The notes under the pieces are model-generated. The model worked only from the letters and a program-made list of their open reading frames with translations, searched no databases and was not told where the DNA came from. From Marsupella aquatica (lineage: Eukaryota; Plantae; Marchantiophyta), in the NCBI GenBank assembly GCA_973895155.1, contig OZ316893.1, forward strand, positions 14,600,645 to 14,664,644: a DNA stretch of 64,000 nucleotides, written 5' to 3'. The position numbers and the translations under genes are program-made. Of this stretch, positions 38,542-50,192 are shown one piece after another (the stretch's first letter is position 1; every line of letters starts with the position of its first letter).

Positions 38542-39061
38542 CAGCTTTTTATTATACTACCCCCCAAACTGGTAGTTATTAGGATACTGCCCCCAAAACT
38601 AATATATTTAGTATACTGCCCCCCACACCATATCCCATCACTTTTAACCCAAGTACTTGACCACTGCTGTGTTCCGATTGGCCAAAAAGTAACCATAGTC
38701 GATGACCAACCTTACCACAGTATCATCTTCGCCCGGGCTCAAGGCGCAACCGTGTTTGATCAGTGTGTATGGGGTCGAAAGTGCCGCACTCGCATTGGGG
38801 ATTGCAGCCTGAAGTGGTTCTGACCCCATACACAGTGATCGAACACAGTTGCACCTTGGGCCCGGGCGAAGAAGATATTGCAATAAGGTTGACCTTAGGT
38901 CATCGACTATGGTTACTTTTTGGCCAATTGGAACACAGCAGTGGTCAAGTACTCGGGTTAAAAGTGATGGGATACGGTTTGGGGGGCAGTGTACTAAATA
39001 TTTTAGTTTTGGGGCAGTATCTTAATAACTACCAGTTTGGGGGTAGTTTAGTAAAAAGCTG
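38542..39061. mobile_element. Mutator-type foldback MITE, 520 bp
   Basis: ~235-bp terminal inverted arms (CAGCTTTTTA...TAAAAAGCTG) and a 10-bp TSD TTAGGAACAA (38532-38541 and 39062-39071). Confidence 0.9.
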
Positions 39062-40582
39062 TTAGGAACAATGTATACACTGAAAATTTGGTGTTTACAA
39101 TAGATTTTACAATATCTCAAAATTTAGATGAAGATTAAAGTCAATTTAACTCTCCCTTTGATCGCTCAAGCATATCACTAAATACAATATGGTTGATTCC
39201 ATGTTGTTGTCAAGATCAATCATCAAATATATGCAACACAAAGGTATCTTCACAAATTCATGATCTTCTTATTACTTGACTAAATTGGCCAATGGTAGGC
39301 TGATTAGAAAGTTAGAGAGTCTGATGATTTTCTTAAAAAAACACTCATCCTATATTTGTTTTACTTCCTCCCTGTCTGTAGTTTTTCCATTCAATTCCTC
39401 CCTCACCACATACTCTTCCGTGGTCCAAGTCCAGTAGGGGGTCTCAACCCTCAAAATTTGATGGACCTTAACTTAGTACTTAAGATTACAGACATAAAAA
39501 GTTATGGATTATCAAATTCATAGTCCATAACTTTTTGCCACAAAGGTTGGTCGTATGTCATGACCATAAGTCAGTCTTCTAGAGGCTAGTTAAAACAACT
39601 TCTACATAACGTACCCTGTAAAAAGCTATGAAGCTATGACCATTTGTTTAAAGGATGTGTTGTGGACTCATTGAGCAATGCATAGGATAATGACAGCCTA
39701 GTCTTGGGTTACTAGCCTGTATCTCTGTCACCAGATCGTGAGGGAACCCTAACCAATGGCTGTTGAGAAGCTTTTTGCGCTTTCTTGTCAAACAAGATAG
39801 CATGAATGAAGGTTATCAATGACAATCCCTATATGTATAATCATCAAATGAATGTGAGTGTGTATTCTGTCTGAGTAATCAACTGAATATGAATGTGTCG
39901 TAATGCCTCATGGGGCTAACATCTATACAAATGGACGACTATGGCCTTCACATTATTGAATGTAAACTCCTCACACACAAGGAGAAAACTGTATTGCAGG
40001 TTGTGACTACCCCTAATAATTCTAAGTCCTACTCTAGTGCCCAAGCCTGTTAATTGAAATAGTGCAATTATTCATGGCCTACACATCTGCAAAGATTGTC
40101 TTCACTGGATTCACCATAAGAGCACAAAGGTTCCCAAAATGGTCATCCCAGTGACCCAGTTAGCATTGATCCAACCCTCATCAATGAAGTTGATTTGGTT
40201 GTCGTTATTCACACCATAATTGAACTCACTTGCAGTGTTAGATATTGCTCCAGTCTTGTGACTCATGAGCTAACCACAGTTAGTCTAACTCGGGTTAGGA
40301 CTTAGCTAATGTTAGCGGTAGTGTTGTTGTGCATATAGCCAGGGCTGATGCCAGACCCTGGTGGAACTTAGGCTCATTGTTACAGAGCTAGTTGAGAGAT
40401 AGGGAGAGCTTGTGTTGTGGATGCTTGGTATATGGCCGGTCGGCCTAGAGTGCAGTAAAGCTCTTGTGTGTTCCCGTGGACGTAGCCTCATGTGGAGGTG
40501 AACCACGTATCTCTCTGTGTCAACTATTGTGCGTTGGATAGTTCATGAGCTTGCCGTTGTGAATGTCGTCTATGCTCAACAA

Positions 40583-40784
40583 CCCTGGGCCCTCACTCCG
40601 TGTAAAAGAAGTGGACCCCCTGCGATCGGGCCCTTTTCCTGTTTACCCCTTGTTATTTCCATTTTACTATTAAAAGTTCCTTTATTACCGGTAATAATTC
40701 TAATTATTAGTTCAAAATTAATAAAAACTACCCTTCGAGCGGTCGCACGTCCTCCACGTATTAGTTAAGACTGAGGGCCCAGGG
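40583..40784. mobile_element. 202-bp MITE with 13-bp TIRs and an 8-bp TSD
   Basis: CCCTGGGCCCTCA...TGAGGGCCCAGGG, with TSD CTCAACAA at 40575-40582 and 40785-40792. Confidence 0.93.
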
Positions 40785-42465
40785 CTCAACAAGTGGTATC
40801 AGAGCATACCTGGGAGGTGACGAGGTTTTTTCATGATAGGTTTTTTCCAGCGTTCATTGTCGATGGTACATTCGGAGTTTCGTCGCATGAAACTCGAATG
40901 TGTGTGGCTGAGCGGATAGGTTAGTGAGAGGGCTTTCTAACGGTGGTTAGAACTTGCTGATTGGTATCCGTGGTGTGGAGGAATTGAAGTTTGCGTCGTT
41001 CAGGGTTTATTCGTGTTCGACGGGTTTTCGGGGGAGAGACCAGAGTTCGCATTTTGCAACGGTGTGAGTTGCGCGGTGTGGGAGGGATCGCACATTATAG
41101 CCTATGTTGAAGGTTGAAGCGAGCTGGTCATTTTGGTAGCTGGATTGTTGCCGAGTTGTTACCGAGTATGTCGTGACGAGTGACGGAGGTGTTCAGGTTT
41201 TTTCACAAGCTATGGAGCTTGTTCCCATCTGAACCGGGTTTCTCTTCGTGACGTCTGACTCAATGGATTGATCATGGTGAGGCGGTCATTTTGAGCCCGG
41301 GATTGGCACTTGATGCGGAGTGAGTGTGTTGTGACGAAAAGTTTTTCCTTTGCTGAGCCGCAGACTGTGCCGGTGCAATTCGACAACTTATCCCGTCAAC
41401 GGTGTTCACTTTGCTTGTGTATTGCGGGAGCGGCAAGGTTTGTAACACGGCCATTAAATTTTTTTAAGGGTTGTTTGCTCTTAAAGGGGTTTGCACACCC
41501 CTTTGTGTGTATACTGGGGTATACACACTCGGTATACCACCCCACCTCCTCCCCGACACCCCATTTTCTCATCGGCCATGCGTACGTATTCGCCCCCCCA
41601 CGCACCCCATTTTTACGGCAGGGTCCGCAGCACCAGCCAATGCGCGCCCCACAGCCTCCCTGCCCTCGTTCATAGGGGGAGTCTGCCCTCCCTCCGGCCG
41701 CACACCCTTCGGCCGGCCCTTACCAAGCCTCGCGCCCACCATGCCTACCCTCTAGCTGGCCCTGCCTGCAAACGCCCGTGCTTGCGTTTCAGGCGTACAC
41801 GCGCGCCCCTGCTGTCGCCGGTCGCTCCCTCCCCGGCCCTGCCGTGTACTTCCCCCTCCTCAACCCTCGGTGGTGCCTGGCCCGCCTCATCGAGGCGACG
41901 CAGATGCACCTTTGTTATACAGGGTATTTTTGGGTTAAGGGGCTTAGCACCCCCCTTAAGGCCCTATTTTAAGCCTTTTTCTTTCCTCTTGCTTTTCCTC
42001 TTTCGTCGGGACCTGTCGCCCTCTGATTTAACCGCTCTGACAGGGGGAACGGCCCCCTGTGAGACTTGTCAGACTGTGCAAGAATATTCCTAAAAAATAG
42101 AGAGTTGTTTTTTGGCCGTCCGACAAAGATTTTGTCCGCCGAACGGTAATTTTTTGGCCCGTTTTTTGGGTTCTTTTTTGGCGAGGACGTTGCTACTGGA
42201 GTTAGCAACGCGGCGCACCGATCACATTGCAATTCTAATGACGGGTTGTACTGGGTATTTTGGTTATTCTCCGAGGTGGTCAAAACGGGGGAGTTTCCCA
42301 AGGTTTTACCCACCCCGACCAAAATTTGAATAACTTTTCCGTCGAATTTTGATTTTGATTTTGGCTTTCAGTATTGGACTCCTAGCTTCGTGGGCTAGGT
42401 GGCGGTGTTGAGTTTTGAGTTTTATGAGAAGTTTCAAAAAAAGACATTTTTTGTGATTGTTTCAT

Positions 42466-43390
42466 ATGAGTGACTCGGAGGATACTGGAAGAATTGGCGT
42501 CGATGGAGCTTCAGGATCGCGACGATCAGACAGAGAGTTTGAGGAGGAGCTGCTACCATTTGAGGAGGAACTTGTAACACCGGTACGATCACCGGTGCGG
42601 CGTGCAGTGGAGGAGCATGCTCATCGGCAGGAACCACATGAAGATCGAGGTCAGACACCTGCCTACTCAGAGGAGTTACAGCTAGAAAATGAGTTACCAA
42701 GTGCAGAATTTACAGGTGGAGAGATCCCGGAGCTAGCACAAACTACCATTGCACCTTCGTCTCCTGAGACTCCACCCTGTCCGCCTGCTAAGGAGACTGT
42801 CATTCTTCCAAAACTCCAGGAGTTATTTTTTGATGGAAAGGAGCACCCAGTGATGGCAGTGGGGATGAAGCAGATCCTAGAATTATTCGAATTCCACCAC
42901 GATTGGGGCGAACGATCGAGTGTCCACCCCCTAACCCTATTCCCAATCTTGCTTCTATTAACTCTTGGACCAAGACAAAATATCGTGCAGCCTTCAGACA
43001 TTTAGAACTCGAGAGTATCAGACAGCAACAACAGATTTTACTAGGGATATGTCCTGCAGATATACGTACTGTGATTCCTACGTATAAATTTCCCAAAGTT
43101 GTTCCACCTATAGATAAGGGCAGGAGACCTAAATTCTCTGAGTATGAAATCTGGTGTTGGGTGTATATCCTTCGACGAGCCCTTTGTCCTTTTCCTCCTA
43201 TATCTCCAAAACATATGTCTGGGTCTCTCACGATGGATTTGCAATTCAGTATAAGTATGAGAAGGATCTTATTAAACTGAGAGAGCAGCTAAAGAGAAAC
43301 CAACTACATTTGTCTTCCCGTACTCAAGGATCCCAAGCTATCAGAGGACTTGCTCGGTTACCTCTACTCGACCCTTGGCCTCCAATGTAA
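42466..43390 (+). pseudogene. Frameshifted ORF of unknown function inside the insertion
   Basis: Acidic, Pro-rich MSDSEDTGRIG... ORF continued by overlapping ORFs 42903-43280 and 43154-43390. No recognised domain. Confidence 0.4.
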
Positions 43391-43589
43391 TTTGACAACT
43401 CCGCATTAGTAAAGAGCAATTTTGTTATATCAGCAGAAGAACTTCAGACGAGTATGATCAAGTATATTATTCCACTTCTTGTGCGGACACAGCAAATTTT
43501 GAGTGGAGGGCTATGTAGAAAGGGGACTTTTGTTGAAATATGTCAATAAGGGCAAATTCGGAATTTTTCAAACCTTTTTGGGCAAAAGA

Positions 43590-44385
43590 TGACGCTTTCT
43601 GAAGCATCCACTCCAATAGGACGCTTAATTCAAGTGTCCGTATTCCATGCAAGGACGCTTTCTGAAGCGTCCCCAGTCCAAAGAGAAAGAAAGCCCAATA
43701 CAGCTGAGGCGTCCATATGTGACGCCAGCCAGCCAGACGCGACACCTTTCTGAAGCGTCTGTTGGTGAAGAAGTAACTATACGGACCCGGAAGAGTGAAG
43801 GTAGCGACGCTTTGAAATACAGCCGCTAAGTGAGGACGCTTTCTGAAGCGTCCGCCACCCAACCAGCTGTACTCCGACGCTCTGCAATCCACCCAACACC
43901 ACGACGCTTTCTGAAGCGTCCACATGAGGAGCGACGTTTTCTGAGGTGTCCGCTACCCCAAAGGCGATATCGACACTGCGACGCCCACGGAAGCGTCCCG
44001 CCCGAAGACCAGAAGCCGGACGCTACAACTCAAAATCCAGCCAACACTCTCTAAAGCGTCCACAAAAGTCCTTTGTAGTTTTGGACGCTTCCTGAAGCGT
44101 CCACTATGTTCCCGACACTAAGAAATATTTTCAGTTTTTGCACTTTTATAACACCGCGTCACTTTTACCGATTTATTTGAGGCACTTGGGGATCTTAGAA
44201 AAGTCTGAAACTTCGTCAGCATAGAGATTATATGTAGCATAGTACCCTAGAAAAGTTTCAACTCATTCCAACTTTTAGTTTAGAAGTTAAAATTAGATTA
44301 AGATCATTGTTTATTAGTTTTACCGAAAAACACCGACGCTTTACAAAACCTTCACTCAAACCTTGACGCTTTCTGAAGCGTCCAC
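43590..44385. repeat. Array of ~10 palindromic motifs with unique spacers
   Basis: (G)GACGCTTTCTGAAGCGTC(C) and variants near 43590, 43653, 43741, 43833, 43902, 43932, 43979, 44045, 44082 and 44365. Confidence 0.85.
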
Positions 44386-45269
44386 TGCATTTCCCACACT
44401 TTACTTTTTTATCTTTTCTAGGATTATCTTTTAGATATTTGAGGTTTGAAAGGTCATGCCTTTTCAGCTAGAAACCTTTACCTATAAAACCTCACGGTTT
44501 ACTCATTTCAAGGGGGCACAATTTTATTCAGATATCAGAATTCTGGATAGTTTCCCTCCTTCCATTGTAACAAGAGAGTCTTGTATGGAAGTAAAATATA
44601 TGTTATGTGTTGTGTGAGTGAATTCAGAAGATGCCCTCTGTGCCTAAATTACAATCACAGTCTTTTGAGATTCATGTCGAATTCACTGCTAGACTTGCTC
44701 AGATGAGATTTGCTAGCCAATTTGAGAATCAATGCTGGATTGAGAGAAGCAAAAATTCCATTTTCATAGTAGCTAGTATCATTCATGTACTCTGGTATAT
44801 TCACTAGTGATTGATTGAAATTGCGCATCGCTAGTAATCAATCCATGTTGACGGCATAATAGTGAATATCTTAGTACCTGTAATCAGAAAACTACTCTGG
44901 CTTTGGTGAGTAGAAATCTTTCAATCAGTATTGTTATGGATTTAAGGAGAGTTCAGATGAGTTTAGAGAGATTTCATTTGTATACAATAAGACCATAGTC
45001 CTTTTTTAAGGAGTGGCAATATCAAATTGATAATTATCTCACTGAATTGAAACTTATCTTTATTCATAACTCAGGAGGTTTCCCTTGCTTGTGTTGTGTT
45101 AGTTTATTTAATTCTCCTATAAGGAAAAGTTGAGCTATATAGAGTATGAGGCTCTAAACCTCTCAAAATTACTATATCATTCAATCTATTCCAATCTGTT
45201 CCTAAAGGGATCGAATTCTGAGTTTATAAAGATATTTGGTTACTTTTGTGTTCTTACGGCTTACGACAG

Positions 45270-47535
45270 GAATCCCATGTCAAGTTGTTGGACTTGGATC
45301 TGTAAGATTTCAGATGTTTGATGGTGCTATGAGAACGTTGAGAAATATGAGACATATTCCCAGCATGATGAAAATTTTTATTCACTTGGAGTTCTGCTAA
45401 TGGTGTTTTTCAGGTTTCAACTGATACTAAAGTTGTATTGAAGGGAAAGAGACATAGCAATCTATACGTTTTGGAGGGCAGTGTAGTCTGTGATGAAGCC
45501 AATGTAACCTTATCTCATGAGGAGACGGCCCGGCTGTGGCACTTCCGTTTGGGCCACATGAGTGAAAAAGGTTTGGTTATTCTTCCAAAGAAAGGATTAC
45601 TTTCTAATTTGCAATCTTGTAAGTTGGAATTTTGTAAGCACTGTGTGCTTGGGAAGTAGCACAAAAAACCCTTCGGAGTTGGAACTCACACCAGCAAGGA
45701 GGTACTTGAGTATGTACATAGTGATGTGTGGGGTCCAGCCCCTACTCCCTCACATTCTGGATGGTTATACTCAAGGTATATGTGGATATACTTTCTACAC
45801 AGTAAGTGTGATGTTTTTGCCACTTTTAAGGAGTGAAAAGCCCAAGTTGAGAATCAGACTGATAATACGATGAGATATCTACGATCAGATAACGGCGGTG
45901 AATACAGTTCTGGTGAATTTGGGTCATATTGTAAGGAGCAAGGATTTACACGCCATCTCACAACAAGTTATACTCCTCAGTAGAATGGTGTTTTTGAGAG
46001 ACTCAACCGAACACTATTGGACCGCTCGAGGAGTATGTTGAGTCAATCATGCTTATCACATGAGTTTTGGGCTGAAGCTGTCAACACTACAGCTTATTTG
46101 GTAATTTTTTCTCCATCCAGTTCTATTGGATTCAAGACGCCATTTGAAATGAGGTACGGGCGTCCAGCAGATTACTCATATCTGAGTATTTTTGGATGTG
46201 ATGCTTATGTGCTTACACCTTCCCAGCTTCAATCCAAGCTGGAGTCCAAGTCGAAGAAGTGCATTTTCCTTGGCTATCAGAAAGGTGTGAAGGGTTATAG
46301 GTTATGGGATCTAGTAACCTGTAAACTAATTGTCAGTAGAGATATGTCCTTTAATGAATCCAGATCATCAAAGGAGGGGGAGAGTTCTCAGGATTCCCAT
46401 ACTGACAAGGGGAAATCTCTCATCCCGGACCGGGTTGAGGGGGAGATTAGTCATGATATTGTTCATGACAGGAGAGATGGAGAAGCTTCGGGCTTGGAGC
46501 TGGTTCCTGTGATGGAACAAGAGGAGCAAATTATTGCTGGGGTACCTCAAATTCAACTAGCAGCAGCAGCAAATCAGCCTGAGTCATCTACTATAAGAAC
46601 TTCCAGTTGTTCTACTAGAGCTCCTACCAGGTATGGTCAATGGGCAGACTCATCTAAGCTAGATGATATTGACATTGCACCTGATGATGATGACATGGCT
46701 TTGATCTTGGAAGAAGGAGAGCCTTCTTCGTACAGTGAGGCTTGTGCTTCATAGCAGAAGCATGAGTGGGATGCAGCAATGCAGAGGGAGTTGCAATCTT
46801 TGAGTGACAACAAGACATGGAAGCTGGTGGAGCTTCCAAGAGGTCAACAAGTGGTGGACAGCAAGTGGATTTACAAGTTGAAGGACAATCCTTCAGAGGG
46901 TGGAGATAAGATCTACAAGGCAAGGCTTGTTGCCAAGGGGTTCACTCAGGAGAAAGGAGTGGACTACAATGAGGTCTTTTCACCGGTGGCTAAGTATTCT
47001 ACAATTCGGATCTTGTGTCAGCTTGTTGTGTTTTTTGGTCTGGTGATGGATCAAATGGATGTTGTTACTGCTTTTCTCTATGGCAACTTGGAAGAGTTGA
47101 TCTTCATGAGACAGCCACTAGGCTTTATGAAGAAGGGCCAAGAGAACTTAGTTTGTAGATTGCTCAAGTCCTTGTATGGATTGAAGCAGTCTCCCAGACA
47201 GTGGAACAAGCGGTTTGATGATTTCATGTTTGCTCAAGGTTTTACAAGGATGGTGTATGATCCTTGTGTGTATACGAAATCAGTCAAGAATGATATATTT
47301 GGTTTCATCATTCTGGTTATCTATGTGGATGACATGCTGATTGTGGCTAAAGATCAATCTGAGGTTGACAATCTCAAGGCGAAATTGAGTGTTGAATTCA
47401 GGATGAAGGATCTTGGTAAGGCCAAGAGGATCTTAGGGATGGAGATTTTTAGGAACTCTGATACTGGACAGTTGTGCTTGAGTCAAGGCCAGTATGCGAG
47501 GAAAGTACTTGCACGATTCAACATGGAAAACCCGG
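45270..47535 (+). pseudogene. Copia pol pseudogene (protease tail, GAG-pre-integrase, integrase, RT)
   Basis: LWHFRLGHMSEKG...CKHCVLGK*, YVHSDVWGP, FWAEAVNT, KCIFLGY, YKARLVAKGFTQ, SLYGLKQSPRQW and YVDDML, with several stops and frameshifts. Confidence 0.93.
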
Positions 47536-50192
47536 TGAGCTGTTGCAAGATAACCCGATGTACAGACGCCAATTGAGAGGGTTGTTGGCAGGAAAGAGAA
47601 GGCGGCGTAAGTTGCCAGAGGTGGATGTATTACGATTGGAATGGGAGGATAAGGGACCACCAGAACTTGATTTGCAGATTCAAGGATGTGTGGTGAGGAA
47701 AGTACCAGTGGATGGGGGGTCCAGCGTCAACCTCATGACTCAGCAAACCGCATTCAATCTTGGGTTTACTAAGTTTGAACCAACACCCAAGATCCTACGC
47801 ATGGCGGACCAATCTCGAGTTGTTCCAGCAGGAAAGTTAAGTAAGGTCGATACCCTGATTGCTGGTGTTCCATTTACTTTGGAATATGTGATAATAAGTC
47901 CAGAGGTACCTTCAAGCCTCCCAGTTTTGTTAGGCCGGCCTTGGTTGTATAAAGCTCAAGTGCAGGTGAACTGGAGGAATCAAGAGATGTCGTTTGGTAA
48001 GCCCAAGGTTGTGGTGAGTTGGGCTTCAGACATACATAAGGGTGAAACCCAAACTGATGATGGTTATACATCAGACTTTTCGGATTCTAACTTGATTCTA
48101 GAGCCTCTGGAGTTTGAATTGGAAGAAGTACGATACCTGGAGGTTTATCTGTTCGATGCCACGAGGGAAACGGAAAGAGCACCAGTGGACACCTCTTGAC
48201 AATTAAGCCTAGGGACGCAGCCGCCCAGCCTACAAGGAGAGCACTTGGTTGACGAGAGGAGCTCGAAGGATACAGCCCAACCAGCACCTGTTGAAGGAGG
48301 GCAGCCCCCAGATATCCAAGATGAAACAGAGTCCAATCTTGGTAAATTAGAGCTTACACCATCCAATCTAACTGATGGTATAGTAGACCCCAAAGCATGT
48401 CAACAGATCGAGATTGAACCCGGCAAATTTCTCAACATAGGTAAGCATATTCAGGGGGAGTTAAGGGGATTGTATGTGAACTTATTGACTCAGTATAAGG
48501 ACGTATTTGCCTGGAGCCACTCGGATCTGAAAGGCATCCACCCTCATTTGGGCGAACATCGGATTGATTTGATGGAAGGGGCAGTACCCATCAGGCAAAG
48601 GCAATATCGCTTGAACCCAAAGTATTCTGTACTTGTCAAGGAGGAATTAGACAAGTTGACAGCTGCTGGGTTCATCTACCCAGTATTGAGCAGCGAATGG
48701 GTTTCACCAATTGTGATCATTCCTAAGAAGGCAGGACCTGATGGGAAGATTAAAATCAGAGTTTGTCAAGACTTTCAGAAACTAAATGCAGCCACCAAGA
48801 AGGATCACTATCCCTTACCTTTTATTGATCTAGTGCTCGATCTTGTTGCATTACATGAACTATATAGTTTCCTGGATGGCTACTCCGGTTATAATCAGGT
48901 TTCTATTCGTAAAGAGGATCGAGAGAAAACCACCTTCACTACTGATTGGGGTACTTATGCATTTACTATGATGCCATTTGGCCTATGTAATGCACCTGAA
49001 CTTTCCAAAGGATTATGATGATCATTTTTCAGGAGTATTTGAGGCATTTCATGGAGATCTTTATCGATGATTTTTGCGTGTTTGGATCAGCCGTTGACCA
49101 TTTGATGCACCTAGAGAAGACTTTTCAGAAGTGTAGAGAGGCTCAGTTGTGTTTACATCCAGAGAAGTGCTTTATTGGTATGAAGGAGGGTATCCTACTC
49201 GGGCATGTCATTTCCCAACGTGGAATTGAGGTGGATAAGGAGAAGGTGCGGGTGATTATGGAACTTCGACCCCCTGCGGATTTAAAGAAACTTCGTGCTT
49301 TCCTGGGGCATGTCGGGTATTATCGTCGATTCATTTACAAACATGCCAATGTTGCTTTGCCTTTGACCAAACTGCTGAAACAAGATGCACCCTATGTTTG
49401 GAATGAAGAAAGACAACAAGCTTTTCAAACACTTAAAGATCGCCTTGTGACTACGCCCATTCTCTTACCACCAGATTGGAGTAGGAAGTTTCATGTTTTT
49501 ATTGACTCGTCTGCCTTCTGCATTGGAGCTAATTTGAGTCAAAAGGATGATGACAATCGGGACCATCCCATTTATTATGCCAGTAGGCAGATGAGTGCTG
49601 CTGAGAAAAACTATACAGTTACAGAAAGGGAGGCCTTAGCCATTGTTTTTGCCTGTAAAAAATTTTGTCATTATCTTCTTGGATATCAGATTATTTTTCA
49701 CACGGACCATCACTCTTTGAAATACCTGGTTAATCAAGTTGACCTGTCAGGAAGGGTAGCTAGATGGGTACTCCTGCTTCAGGAATTTGATTATGAGGTG
49801 CAAGTCCGTCCAGGGAAACACCATGAGAATGCTGACTTCTTGTCGAGACTTCCAGGTGAAGAGAATGACAACAACCTTTTCTGACGAATTTCCGGATGAG
49901 GCTCTTTGGCATATTGAAGGAGAGTCCTCGAAATACTTTGATATTGTGCAGATGTTGCTATATGGGGTATTTCCAGAAGGACTAAATGCTGAGGAGAGGG
50001 TTGTTTTTGCACACAAGGTGGGTCCTTATACTATTATAAAAGGCACCTTATTTAAGCAAGGACCGGATCAGAGGTTAAGGCGTTGCCTTGAGATGAGAGA
50101 GATTCCACCGGTAATTGCAACCTTACACTCTGGTGAGATAGGCGGCCACTATGCTGTTAACACCACTGTTAAGAAAATCCAAGATGCAGGGT
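47536..50192 (+). pseudogene. Ty3/Gypsy (non-chromovirus, Athila/Tat-related) pol fragment: protease, RT, RNase H, start of integrase
   Basis: VDGGSSVNLM, WVSPIVIIPKK, KDHYPLPFID, FLDGYSGY, FIDDF, YTVTEREAL and GGHY...KIQDAG. One in-frame stop at 48197 and two frameshifts; cut at 50192. Confidence 0.93.

Larger units (their letters stand above)
41441..45268 (+). mobile_element. Unclassified LTR-like insertion replacing the Copia gag region
   Basis: Starts TGTAACAC and ends TTACGACA, and Copia protease sequence resumes right after it. The flanks do not form a TSD. Confidence 0.5.
40236..47535 (+). mobile_element. Degenerate Ty1/Copia element (Tnt1/Tork-like), interrupted and 3'-truncated
   Basis: 5' LTR at 40236-40581, PBS TGGTATCAGAGC (tRNA-iMet) at 40794-40805, pol remnant at 45270-47535. 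Gag, RNase H and the 3' LTR are not seen. Confidence 0.88.

Noticed and set aside
40583-40784. hAT classification of the 8-bp-TSD MITE
   Set aside because: The termini are not the usual hAT (C/T)A(A/G) type, and the related large element encodes P-like rather than hAT motifs.
43590-44385. CRISPR array
   Set aside because: The repeats are short and degenerate, spacing is irregular, there are no cas genes, and the context is a eukaryotic retroelement.
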